A stretch of 64,000 bases of DNA from an uncultured delta proteobacterium. GTDB lineage: Bacteria; Myxococcota; Myxococcia; Myxococcales; Anaeromyxobacteraceae. Positions 30,320 through 39,477 of the stretch are shown in pieces. The first letter of the stretch is position 1. Each line of letters begins with the position of its first letter. Location: contig CAWHDZ010000003.1 of NCBI GenBank assembly GCA_963828255.1, positions 128,001 to 192,000 on the forward strand, written 5' to 3'. The position numbers and the translations under genes are program-made. Below the pieces are notes generated by a model that did not search any database, was not told where the DNA came from, and was given only the letters and a program-made list of their open reading frames with translations.

Positions 30320-33301
30320 ATGCGCACGCGTTCGAAACCAACGGTGAAAGTCCGCAGCACGGCACCCCCGACCGCCTTTCCGATCGTGGGGGTGGGTGCG
30401 TCGGCCGGGGGCCTGGAAGGGTTCCGGCAGCTGCTCGCCCATGTCCCGGACGGCTCGGGCCTGGCGCTCGTCCTGGTGCAGCACCTCGAGTCCTCCCGGG
30501 AAAGCCTCCTCAGCGACGCGCTGTCCACGGCGACCTCCATGAAGGTCGCGCAGGCGGTGGACGGAGTCCGCGTCCAGCCGGATCGGGTCTACGTCATCCC
30601 GCCGGGCGCCCAGATGGCGATCGAGCAGGGCGTGCTCAAGCTGTCCCCGCTCCAGGGAGATGAGCGCCGGCCCCACCTTCCCATCGACTTCTTCCTCCGT
30701 TCCCTGGCCGCCGACCGCGGAAGGCAGGCCATCGGCGTGGTCCTCTCCGGCAACGCCTCCGACGGAACGGCGGGGCTCACCGCCATCCGCGAGCACGGCG
30801 GGATCACCTTCGCGCAGGACCCCCGGACGGCGCGCTTCGGTGCGATGCCCCAGAGCGCGGTGGACGCAGGGGTGGTCGACTTCTGCATGCCGTTGCCGGC
30901 GCTCGGCGCGGAGCTGGTCCGGCTGGCCAGCCACCCGTACCTCGCGCGGAACGAACCCGTACCTCCCACGCCATCGGGTGACGCCTCCCTGGCCGAGGTC
31001 GTCGCGCTGATGCGACGGATCACCGGTGTCAACTTCGCCGAGCACAAGCAGGCGACGTTCAAGCGGCGGCTGGCCCGGCGCATGGCGGTCCGGAAGGCGG
31101 CCGACGTCGCCTCCTACCTGGCGCTCCTGACCACCGAACCGCAGGAGGTTCGCCTCCTGTACGGGGACCTCCTCATCAAGGTCACGTCGTTCTTCCGGGA
31201 CGAGGGGAGCTTCGCCGAGCTGAAGGCGGTGGCGTTCCCGGAGATCCTGAAACACAAGGCCCCGGGCGCCCCCGTTCGCGCGTGGGTGGTGGGATGCGCC
31301 ACGGGCGAGGAGGTCTACTCCCTCGCCATCGCGCTCATCGAGCATCTCGGCGAGGTCCCGGCCGCCCACCCGGTCCTGATCTTCGGCTCGGACCTCGACG
31401 AGAGGGCCATCGAGCACGCGCGAGCCGGCCTGTACCCGGAGTCCGCGGTCCAGGGGCTCGGAGAGGAGCGGCTGAAGCGCTTCTTCGTCCGGACCGATGG
31501 GGGCTTTCGCGTCACCCAGGCCGTGCGCGAGTCGTGCGTCTTCGTCCGCCACGACGTGGCCCGCGACCCCCCCTTCTCCCGGCTGGATCTGGTGACCTGC
31601 CGGAACGTCCTCATCTACTTCGGCCAGACCCTTCAGCGGCGGGTGATCGCGGCGGCCCACTACTGCCTCAACCAGCCCGGGTACCTGCTCCTCGGTCCTT
31701 CGGAGAGCACCTCGGGCGTCACGAAGTGGTTCACGTCCGCCAGCAACGGGCAGGGGCTCTTCGCCCGCAGGCCCGGGCGCAGCACCTTCCGCTTCGAGCC
31801 GCGCGGCGGCACGCTCCACTTCCCCAGGCCAGCGTCCGTCACGGGTCTCCTGGCGCCGCCCCGGGCCGATGGCTCCCTGGCCCGCCAGGCCGACGACGCG
31901 GTCCTGGAGCGGTACGGCCCTCCGGGCGTCGTCGTCAACGACCGGCTGGAGGTGGTCCAGTTTCGCGGACGGACCGGTCCCTACCTCGAGCCGCCCGACG
32001 GCGAGCCCCAGAACCAGCTCCTCAAGATGGCCCGGGCCGGCCTCGCCGCGCCGCTGCGCATCGCCATGGCGGAGGCGCGCAGGTCGTTGTCCCCGGTCAG
32101 GAAGGAGAACGTCCAGGTCGAGGGCAACGGGCAGGCCTGCGACCTCGTCGTACTCCCGGTGAAGGCGAACGACAGGGGCGATGGAGCCTTCGTCGTGCTC
32201 TTCGAGGAGCGCACGCCGCGCGTGCAGGCGCCTCCGGGTGGTCGTCGTGCCGGGGGCCGCACCACCCGGTCCCAGGGGGAGCAGCGGCGCACGCTCCAGG
32301 AGGACCTCAGCACCACGAAGGAGTACGTCGCGGTCCTGCTCGAGGAGCAGGGTCGCACCACCGACGCGCTCGCCTCGGCCAACGATGAGCTGCTCTCGGG
32401 CAACGAGGAGCTCCAGAGCCTGAACGAGGAGCTGGAGACCGCCAAGGAGGAGCTCCAGGCGACCAACGAGGAGCTCACCACGGTGAACGACGAGCTCAAC
32501 GGGCGGAACCAGGAGATCCAGTCAGCCAGCGCCGACATCCTGAACCTCCTCGAGGCCGTCGAGATCCCCATCCTGATGCTCGACTCCGAGCGCCGCATCC
32601 TGCGCTTCACCCACCGTGCATCCACCGTCCTGGGGCTCACCGAGGCCGACCTGGGGCGGCGGGTGACCGAGGTGGCCGTGCCCCTGGCGTTGCCCGATCT
32701 CGAGCAGTGGATCGCGCGGTCGATGAGGGAGTCGATCCTGGTGGAGGCGGAGGTCCAGGACCGCTCCGATCACTGGCACCGGCTGCAGGTGCGGCCTCGT
32801 CGGGGTCCCGGCGGCAAGATCGACGGCGCCATCCTCTCGCTGGCGGATATCGACGCGCTCCGGCACGAGATCGTGGATGCCCGGTTGGCTCGCGACTACG
32901 CGCGCAGCATCGTGGAGGCGGTCCAGGTCCCGCTCCTGGTCCTCGACGCGGGGCTGCACGTCCTCTCGGCGAACGCTGCCTACCACGGCGCCTACCCGGA
33001 AAGCCCCGCCCCGATCGAGGGGAGAGACTTCTTCGGGCTCGGGGCCGGGCAGTGGAACACGACGGAGGTCCACCGGGCCGTGGGAGGGATCCTCGGCGAC
33101 AGGGGCAGCTTCCAGGGGCTCGAGCTGGAGTGGGAGGTACCCGGAGCCGGACGCCGGGCCACCACGGTCTCCGGTTCGATGGTGCCTTCCCTGGCGGGTG
33201 AGGCGATGGTCCTGCTCTCCATCGAGGACGTCACCGATCGTCGGCTGGAGGACCGTCGGCGCGCCGACATTCGGGTCGTGGGCGAAGGGACCGGGTCATG
33301 A
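30320..33301 (+). CDS. CheB/CheR fusion with coiled coil and PAS domains, no kinase domain
   Basis: GASAGG, VQHL, LSGNASDG; VTSFFRD, GCATGEEVYS, CRNVLIYF; NEELQSLNEELETAKEELQATNEEL; ends after the PAS region. Confidence 0.9.
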   Translation: MRTRSKPTVKVRSTAPPTAFPIVGVGASAGGLEGFRQLLAHVPDGSGLALVLVQHLESSRESLLSDALSTATSMKVAQAVDGVRVQPDRVYVIPPGAQMAIEQGVLKLSPLQGDERRPHLPIDFFLRSLAADRGRQAIGVVLSGNASDGTAGLTAIREHGGITFAQDPRTARFGAMPQSAVDAGVVDFCMPLPALGAELVRLASHPYLARNEPVPPTPSGDASLAEVVALMRRITGVNFAEHKQATFKRRLARRMAVRKAADVASYLALLTTEPQEVRLLYGDLLIKVTSFFRDEGSFAELKAVAFPEILKHKAPGAPVRAWVVGCATGEEVYSLAIALIEHLGEVPAAHPVLIFGSDLDERAIEHARAGLYPESAVQGLGEERLKRFFVRTDGGFRVTQAVRESCVFVRHDVARDPPFSRLDLVTCRNVLIYFGQTLQRRVIAAAHYCLNQPGYLLLGPSESTSGVTKWFTSASNGQGLFARRPGRSTFRFEPRGGTLHFPRPASVTGLLAPPRADGSLARQADDAVLERYGPPGVVVNDRLEVVQFRGRTGPYLEPPDGEPQNQLLKMARAGLAAPLRIAMAEARRSLSPVRKENVQVEGNGQACDLVVLPVKANDRGDGAFVVLFEERTPRVQAPPGGRRAGGRTTRSQGEQRRTLQEDLSTTKEYVAVLLEEQGRTTDALASANDELLSGNEELQSLNEELETAKEELQATNEELTTVNDELNGRNQEIQSASADILNLLEAVEIPILMLDSERRILRFTHRASTVLGLTEADLGRRVTEVAVPLALPDLEQWIARSMRESILVEAEVQDRSDHWHRLQVRPRRGPGGKIDGAILSLADIDALRHEIVDARLARDYARSIVEAVQVPLLVLDAGLHVLSANAAYHGAYPESPAPIEGRDFFGLGAGQWNTTEVHRAVGGILGDRGSFQGLELEWEVPGAGRRATTVSGSMVPSLAGEAMVLLSIEDVTDRRLEDRRRADIRVVGEGTGS

Positions 33302-34623
33302 CCACGACCGCGACCGCGCTCCCGGTTTCCCCGGCGGATCCCCAGCCTCCGGCCCTGCTGCTCGCCTTTCCTCGCCCCGGCGACCGGCCGTCGCAGAGCC
33401 GACCCGTTCCACGCTCGGGACTCCTCCTGGGGCGCGGCGAGGTGATCTTCGACGAGCCGTTCGACGACCCGGCCATGGCTCCCCGGCACGCGGAGATCCA
33501 GATCCAGGGCAAGAGCGCCGTGGTGAACGACCTGGGGAGCGGCGCCGGCACCCGCCTGAACGGCGCCGCGCTCCGCAAGTCGGTCACGCTCGTGGAGGGA
33601 GACGTCCTCCGGGTCGGCGACACCGTGTTCGTCTACACCAGCCGGGGACGATTCCCCGCCGTTCCGGGGAAGTCGACGGCCGAGGAGCCGGAGCTGACCG
33701 GCTCGACCCCCTCCATCGAGGCCGTCCGGCGAAGCGTCGAGGCGGTCGCGCGTCACCCGCGCACCGTGGTGGTCACCGGCGAGACGGGAACCGGGAAGGA
33801 GATCGTGGCCAGGTTGATCCACCGGCGGAGCGGGAGGAAGGGCCCGTTCGTGGCGGTGAACTGCGGCGGGTTCAACGAGGGTCTCCTGGCCAGCGAGCTC
33901 TTCGGCCACGTGCGCGGAGCCTTCACCGGCGCGGTCGGCGACCAGCAGGGGCTCTTCCGCGCCGCGCAAGGAGGAACGCTCTTCCTCGACGAGGCGGGGG
34001 AGATCCCGATGGCCCTCCAGCCCACCCTGCTGCGGGTGCTCGAGACCTGGCAGGTTCGCCCGGTAGGGAGCACCCGCGACGTCGCGGTGGACGTGCGCGT
34101 GGTCGCCGCGAGCAACCGGGAGCTCGTCTCGCTGGTGCGGCAGGGGTTGTTCCGCGCCGATCTCTACGCCCGGCTGGCGCAGTGGATCGTCCGGCTTCCG
34201 CCCCTGCGCGATCGCCGGGAGGACATCCCGTGCCTCTCCCGGGCGCTGCTCGGGCAGCTCGGGGCAGCCGATCGATCCCTGGCGCCCGACCTGGTGGAGG
34301 CGCTTCTCGTCCACCCGTGGCCGCTCAACGTGCGCGGGCTCTCCAACGTCCTCTCCACTGCGCTGATCGCCTCTCCACCCGAGCACGCGCTGGAGTTCGG
34401 GCCCGAGGTGCGTGCGGCGCTCGAGGACAACCGCATCGACGAGCCGGAGCCTCCCCCCGACGAGCCGAGGGTGGAGCTGGACCGGGCCAGCCTGGAAGGG
34501 CTCCTCCAGCGGTTCCAGGGGCGCGTGGCGGAGATGGCCCGGCACGTGGGGGTGTCGCGCCCCAAGCTGTACCGCATGCTCTGGTCGGTGGGTCTCGACC
34601 CGGCCGGGTTTCGCGCGAAGTGA
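33298..34623 (+). CDS. FHA-domain sigma54-dependent enhancer-binding protein
   Basis: FHA-like N-terminus; GETGTGKE, SELFGH, GAFTGA, LFLDE, FRADLYARL, WPLNVRGL; C-terminal HTH. Confidence 0.92.
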   Translation: MTTTATALPVSPADPQPPALLLAFPRPGDRPSQSRPVPRSGLLLGRGEVIFDEPFDDPAMAPRHAEIQIQGKSAVVNDLGSGAGTRLNGAALRKSVTLVEGDVLRVGDTVFVYTSRGRFPAVPGKSTAEEPELTGSTPSIEAVRRSVEAVARHPRTVVVTGETGTGKEIVARLIHRRSGRKGPFVAVNCGGFNEGLLASELFGHVRGAFTGAVGDQQGLFRAAQGGTLFLDEAGEIPMALQPTLLRVLETWQVRPVGSTRDVAVDVRVVAASNRELVSLVRQGLFRADLYARLAQWIVRLPPLRDRREDIPCLSRALLGQLGAADRSLAPDLVEALLVHPWPLNVRGLSNVLSTALIASPPEHALEFGPEVRAALEDNRIDEPEPPPDEPRVELDRASLEGLLQRFQGRVAEMARHVGVSRPKLYRMLWSVGLDPAGFRAK

Positions 34624-34644
34624 AGCCGGCCCCGGCGACCTGAG

Positions 34645-34746
34645 CCGTCCCGAACGTTCGCGAACGGTCACGATCCCGGGCGGCGAGGCCGGATCCGTCC
34701 GGGAACCAGGACCTTGGGCGTCCCGTCCCCGGGCATGAACCGTGCA
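34645..34746 (+). promoter_or_regulatory. Sigma54 promoter with GAACG enhancer (site C)
   Basis: CCGTCCCGAACGTTCGCGAACGG (34645-34667); GGGCATGAACCGTGCA (34731-34746). Confidence 0.7.
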
Positions 34747-34805
34747 AAAGCACCTCCTGTCGGATCGCGCCCTCCTTCGAGCGCCTTCGAATGGGAGGAC
34801 GAAAG

Positions 34806-35594
34806 ATGCGCCATCTGATCGTCGCGCTTGGCTTGCTGCTCGCCCCGCTGACCCCTGCCGTTGCCCAGATAAGCATCCAGATCGGCCTGCCCGGCGTCAA
34901 CATCGGGATCAACCAGCCGGTCTACCCGCAGCTGGTCCAGGTGCCGGGGTATCCCGTGTATTACGACCCGGGCGCGCCCTCGAACTACTTCTTCTACGAC
35001 GGCATGTACTGGGTCTTCCAGGGAGACAACTGGTACGCGAGCTCCTGGTACAACGGCCCCTGGGCGCTGGTTGTCCCGCAGTACGTGCCCGTGTTCATCC
35101 TCCGGGTCCCGGTGAGCTACTACCGGCATCCCCCGGCGTACTTCCGCGGCTGGAACCCGACCGCTCCGCCGCAATGGGGGCAGCACTGGGGCAATGACTG
35201 GGAGCGGCAGCGCCACGGCTGGGACCAGTGGGACCGCGGGTCTGCGCCGCATCCTGCGCCGCTGCCCATGTACCAGAAGCAGTACTCGGGGAACCGGTAC
35301 CCGCGCGCCGAGCAGCAGCAGGAGCTGCACCGCGAGAAGTACAGCTACCAGCCGCGCGATGCCGAGGTGAAGCGGGTCGAGGAGGCGCATTTCGCGAGGG
35401 GCAACCAGCAGCAGGAGCGCGGCAAGCAGCAGCAGGAGCAAGCCAAGCAGCAGGACCAGGCCAAGCAGCAGCCCACTGCGCATGCCCCGCAGGCTCCTCA
35501 GCAGAAGCAGGACAATCGCGGCCAAGACAAAGGCGGCCAGGACAAGGGCGGCCAGGACAAGGGCGGCCAGGGCAAGCACGGGGAGGCGCAATGA
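34806..35594 (+). CDS. Exported Tyr/Trp/Pro-rich protein with Gln-rich tail
   Basis: GGGAGG RBS; signal peptide; YFFYDGMYWVF..WYASSWYNGPW. Confidence 0.8.
   Translation: MRHLIVALGLLLAPLTPAVAQISIQIGLPGVNIGINQPVYPQLVQVPGYPVYYDPGAPSNYFFYDGMYWVFQGDNWYASSWYNGPWALVVPQYVPVFILRVPVSYYRHPPAYFRGWNPTAPPQWGQHWGNDWERQRHGWDQWDRGSAPHPAPLPMYQKQYSGNRYPRAEQQQELHREKYSYQPRDAEVKRVEEAHFARGNQQQERGKQQQEQAKQQDQAKQQPTAHAPQAPQQKQDNRGQDKGGQDKGGQDKGGQGKHGEAQ
35520..35576 (+). repeat. 15-bp tandem repeat GGCCAGGACAAGGGC, about 4 copies (GQDKG)
   Basis: Read directly. Confidence 0.85.
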
Positions 35595-35800
35595 CCCCGA
35601 CAGACAGCTGTCGAGCGGCAATCGAGGCCGTCAATCGCGAGGTCTCCGTGCTCCTGGAACTGGAGCGCGCGACGGTGGCCGACGGGAAGACGCTCGGGCC
35701 GTTGCGCTCGTCCTGGGCCGACCTCCTCGGACACCTGGTGCCCGGGCCAGGCCCCGGACGTGGCGGACCACGACAGCTGACGGGCAAGGACTCACCGTGA
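35591..35800 (+). CDS. Small hypothetical protein, paralog of 35981-36244
   Basis: ATGA overlap and GGAGG; RAAIEAVNREV..LRSSWADLL aligns with the neighbour. Confidence 0.55.
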   Translation: MTPTDSCRAAIEAVNREVSVLLELERATVADGKTLGPLRSSWADLLGHLVPGPGPGRGGPRQLTGKDSP

Positions 35801-35826
35801 CCCATGCGAGACCAAGGCACCGAGCC

Positions 35827-35931
35827 GGACGCTCGCGAACGTTTGGCTCCGTGTGCTGGACTCCCTCCCGGCTGCTGCAAGGTCCGAATTTCCAGGACTT
35901 GGCCAGCCGATCGCGGGGCATGGACCGTGCA
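35827..35931 (+). promoter_or_regulatory. Sigma54 promoter with GAACG enhancer (site D)
   Basis: GGACGCTCGCGAACGTTTGG (35827-35846); GGGCATGGACCGTGCA (35916-35931). Confidence 0.65.
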
Positions 35932-35980
35932 TCACCCCAATCTGGAGTCCATCGCGAAGACCGGCGACCCGAGGAGTGCC

Positions 35981-36244
35981 GTGCAGCTCACGAGCGCAGT
36001 ACGAGAGGCAGTCGAGGCCGTGGACCGGGAGGTGGCACGACTCGCCGGACACACGTCGGTGGAAGACGCTCCGGCGCTCGACCGGCTGCGCGCGTCGTGG
36101 GGAAGACTCGTCGATCTCCTGGCCCTCGGTCCGGCGCCGGAGCGACGGGCATGCCCGCACTGCGGGGGCGTCGGGATGCTCGACGCGACCCTGTGCGGCA
36201 GGTGCTGGACGGAACTCGCTCCACTGCAAGGGAGTCACACATGA
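35981..36244 (+). CDS. Small protein with C-terminal zinc ribbon
   Basis: GAGGAG RBS before GTG 35981; CPHC..CGRC. Confidence 0.7.
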   Translation: MQLTSAVREAVEAVDREVARLAGHTSVEDAPALDRLRASWGRLVDLLALGPAPERRACPHCGGVGMLDATLCGRCWTELAPLQGSHT

Positions 36245-36762
36245 CCAGGATCCTCCTCGCAGGCATGTCGGCGCTGGCGATCCTGTCCGCCAGTTCCAAC
36301 CCCCCACAGGCGGATGATGGCGTCGTTCCCTCCCCGCCCACCGTGCAGGTGTCCGTGGACTCCAGCCACCTCCTGGCGATGTGCCCCATGAGCGTGACGG
36401 GGACGCAGGTCGTCGCCGGCGACGCGGTGAACGGCGGGACGCTCACCTTCACGACCACGGGTGCGATCGCGGAGCTCCGCATCCGCGTGATGGAGATGGC
36501 GCAGCGGCACAACGCGCACCACGCGGACACCGCAGCCCCCTCAGGCGTCGGTCGCGGGGGAACGATGGCGTCCGAGAGCCCGATGGGCGCCCCGGCCATG
36601 CCGCCCTCCTGGGCCACGGTCGTCGAGGTGGAGCGCGGGGCGATGATCGTGGTGGTGCCCAACGAGAGCGCCGATCTCGCGAGGCTCCAGTCTGCGATCC
36701 GCACCCGCGCCGAGCGGATGCAGCGGAACGGTTGTGACCTGGTGGGGCAGGCGCGGCGATGA
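36241..36762 (+). CDS. Hypothetical exported protein
   Basis: ATGA overlap; GGAG RBS; signal peptide; MCPMSVTGT..GGTLTFTT..ELRIRV. Confidence 0.7.
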   Translation: MTRILLAGMSALAILSASSNPPQADDGVVPSPPTVQVSVDSSHLLAMCPMSVTGTQVVAGDAVNGGTLTFTTTGAIAELRIRVMEMAQRHNAHHADTAAPSGVGRGGTMASESPMGAPAMPPSWATVVEVERGAMIVVVPNESADLARLQSAIRTRAERMQRNGCDLVGQARR

Positions 36763-38495
36763 CCCGGCTCAGCTCCAGGCAGGGGGATCGCAACCCGGGA
36801 CCGGGCTTCTCCGCGCTGGCGGCGGCCGTGGTCGTGTTGCTCTGGGTCACGTTCGTCCCCCACCCGACCGACGCCTACACGATCTCGAGCGTGCTCACCC
36901 CGGGGTGCCACGAGGACCTGACCACAGAGGCCCTCCGGACGGTGCGCCTCGACGTCCCGGGCGCCGCGCCCATTCCCCTCAGCGCGAACGAGAAGGCCCT
37001 CGCCGACGACGTGCAGTTCACAGCCCCGGCGGACATGATGGACCTGGGCGGCGTCACGCTGCTCCTGAGCGTCCGGGACAACGACCTGAAGGGGCGGTCC
37101 TCCGACGACCTCACCGAGCTCGCCGAGGTCCACGGAAACCCCGACAACCAGGACGAGCACTGCCTGCGGAGCAGGACCCAGGACGAGCCAGGGGGGTCCG
37201 AGGCCGCGGTGGCGAGCTGCCGGACCTTCATCCGCGGCCGGATCGCCGAGGCGCTCGAGGGGCTCGACGCCAGCGGCGTGCCGGATCCCGCGCTGCGGAT
37301 CGCACTCCCCGTCCACCTGTCCCTGCGCGGGGACGTCGACGCGCTGCTGCCGACGTTCTACGTCCGGATCGGCCAGGCGATCCACGGGGTGGAGGACAGC
37401 TTCACGCACGCCTATCGGACCCCCGACGGGATGAAGATCACGGTGGTGATGAACTGGGTCGACAAGGCGGAGCGGCAGTTCGACGAGGCGCGCGACGGCC
37501 CCGCCCATGCCACCCGGATGGACGCCTGCGACGACTCCGACGCCCTGATCACGACCCGGCGCACGCTCGCCACGGAGGCGTCGACGGCGATCCTCCGGGC
37601 GGTGCTCGATCCACTCCAGACAAAGGCGGAGAAGATGGCCACGGTCGACGGAATCCTCGATAGATATCTGAGCTATTCACCAGGTTGCGGCTACGAGAAC
37701 GGGTGGTGCAGCGCGCCGGAGATCCAGTACCAGGACGTGGGGTCGACCTTTCTCGGGTGCTCGTCCGGGGGAGGGGGCCTGCTGGGCGTGGCCGCGAGCC
37801 TCCTGGCCCTCGGACTGATCTTCCGACGGCGCAGGTTGGCCCCTTCCGTCGTGGCGCTGTCCGTCATCGCGGGGCTGGCCGCCTTCGCCCCGGCACTTGC
37901 CCGCCCTGCGCCCCCCGACGCCCCGCCGAACACGGCAACCCCGGAGCGCGTGGCGGCGGAAAAGGAGGCAGCCCCTGCCCCGACCACGGTTCCCGTGCCG
38001 CAGCCCGGTCCGGCCGATCCATCCGAGACGGCCTGGGGCGCCTACCTGGGAATCTCCGGCTCCGTCGACAAGCCGGCGATGGCGGTCCAGCTCGGCGTGC
38101 GACTCCGGCTGAGCACCCACTGGACGATCGGGCTGGACGTCGAATCGAACCCCTGGATCTCGACCACCGGCCCCACTCCCGTCCGGGCCGGAACGCTCAA
38201 CACCTTCGGGACGGTGATCCTCCGCTTCCCGCTGGCCTACGAGAACTTCAACCTGCGGACCACCGTGAACCTCGGCGTCTCCTACCTGCTCATCGACCTC
38301 TACGGCGCGCCCAAGGGCAGCATCGGCGTCTACGCAGCGATCTACCCCCTCGGTCTCGAGTGGAAGCTCTCGCGGGTGTTCATCCTCATCATCAATCCGC
38401 TCGGGATCGCAGTGCCCGTACCCCAGCTCCAGGGCGTTCCGCTCACCTATCCGCAGTACCGTTTCAGCATCGGCCTGGGAATCCTGTCGGGCTGA
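36759..38495 (+). CDS. Exported protein: metal-binding helical domain, internal MYXO-CTERM-like segment, C-terminal beta-barrel-like domain
   Basis: CHEDLT and GQAIHGVEDSFTH; GCSSGGGG-TM-RRRR followed by a second signal-like helix. Confidence 0.7.
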   Translation: MTRLSSRQGDRNPGPGFSALAAAVVVLLWVTFVPHPTDAYTISSVLTPGCHEDLTTEALRTVRLDVPGAAPIPLSANEKALADDVQFTAPADMMDLGGVTLLLSVRDNDLKGRSSDDLTELAEVHGNPDNQDEHCLRSRTQDEPGGSEAAVASCRTFIRGRIAEALEGLDASGVPDPALRIALPVHLSLRGDVDALLPTFYVRIGQAIHGVEDSFTHAYRTPDGMKITVVMNWVDKAERQFDEARDGPAHATRMDACDDSDALITTRRTLATEASTAILRAVLDPLQTKAEKMATVDGILDRYLSYSPGCGYENGWCSAPEIQYQDVGSTFLGCSSGGGGLLGVAASLLALGLIFRRRRLAPSVVALSVIAGLAAFAPALARPAPPDAPPNTATPERVAAEKEAAPAPTTVPVPQPGPADPSETAWGAYLGISGSVDKPAMAVQLGVRLRLSTHWTIGLDVESNPWISTTGPTPVRAGTLNTFGTVILRFPLAYENFNLRTTVNLGVSYLLIDLYGAPKGSIGVYAAIYPLGLEWKLSRVFILIINPLGIAVPVPQLQGVPLTYPQYRFSIGLGILSG

Positions 38496-38513
38496 GGCGC
38501 CCTCGTCCTGTAT

Positions 38514-38610
38514 CCGTGAACGTTTGCGAACGGAATCGGGATGCGCCTGGACGGGGGCCACCAGGTAACTGCTCGCGCTTCCGGCGCGGCCGGGCGGCAC
38601 GGGCCGTGCA
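38514..38610 (+). promoter_or_regulatory. Sigma54 promoter with GAACG enhancer (site E)
   Basis: CCGTGAACGTTTGCGAACGG (38514-38533); CGGCACGGGCCGTGCA (38595-38610). Confidence 0.7.
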
Positions 38611-38675
38611 GTCCTACCGGAAACACAACCCTGACATGACGGCGACCTGCTCCGTCAAAGAAAGCGAGAAGACTC

Positions 38676-39215
38676 ATGAACGCAATTCACAAGACGACCA
38701 TCGCCGCTGGCCTGGCAGCCCTCCTGGCGTTCCCCGCTGCCGCACTCGCCGACGCCACCGTGAAGGAGGCGGAAAGCGCGGTGACGGTCCTGAAGAAGGC
38801 CGATCCGGGCCTGAAGAAGTTCTTCGATCACTCGGCGGGCTACGCCGTCTTCCCGAGCGTGGGCAAGGGCGGACTCGTCGTCGGCGGTGCTGGTGGCAGC
38901 GGCATCGTCTTCGAGCACGGCAAGGCCGTTGGCACCACCACCCTCTCCCAGGTCACCATCGGAGCGCAGGTCGGCGGGCAGGCCTACTACGAGATCATCT
39001 TCTTCGAGACCGCCGAGGCGCTCGCCGCCTTCAAGAAGGGGGAGTGGACCATGGCCGCGCAGGTGAGCGCGGTGATGCTCAAGTCCGGAGCCTCCGCCGA
39101 CGCCAAGTACAAGGACGGCGTGGCCGTGTTCACCCTGAGCAAGGGCGGCGCGATGGCCGAGGCCAGCGTGGGCGGGCAGAAGTTCAGCTACGAGCCTCTC
39201 GACAAGAAGAGCTAG
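38676..39215 (+). CDS. YSC84/SYLF lipid-binding domain protein
   Basis: GYAVFPSVGKGGLVVGGAGGSG, TIGAQVGGQ, GGAMAEASVGGQKFSY. Confidence 0.9.
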   Translation: MNAIHKTTIAAGLAALLAFPAAALADATVKEAESAVTVLKKADPGLKKFFDHSAGYAVFPSVGKGGLVVGGAGGSGIVFEHGKAVGTTTLSQVTIGAQVGGQAYYEIIFFETAEALAAFKKGEWTMAAQVSAVMLKSGASADAKYKDGVAVFTLSKGGAMAEASVGGQKFSYEPLDKKS

Positions 39216-39238
39216 GCCAGGCAGGAGGAGGAAGCGAG

Positions 39239-39457
39239 ATGGGATCCATCAAGATGGCCGGCATCGTCCTCATCGCGGCAGGCCTGCTCGGCCTGGCGTA
39301 CGGCGGGTTCACCTTCACCAAGGATACGCACGACACGAAGATCGGGCCCCTGGAACTGTCCGTGAAGGACAAGGAAAGGGTCAACATCCCGATCTGGGCG
39401 GGTGTGGCCGCCGTGGTCGCCGGCGGGGTCATGCTGGCGATTCCGAGGAAGGCCTAG
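39239..39457 (+). CDS. Small two-TM membrane protein (DUF3185-like)
   Basis: AGGAGGAGG RBS; GLLGLAYGGFTFTK..KIGPLELSVK..IPIWAG. Confidence 0.8.
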   Translation: MGSIKMAGIVLIAAGLLGLAYGGFTFTKDTHDTKIGPLELSVKDKERVNIPIWAGVAAVVAGGVMLAIPRKA

Positions 39458-39477
39458 CGCTGTCCCGGGCGGGGGCG

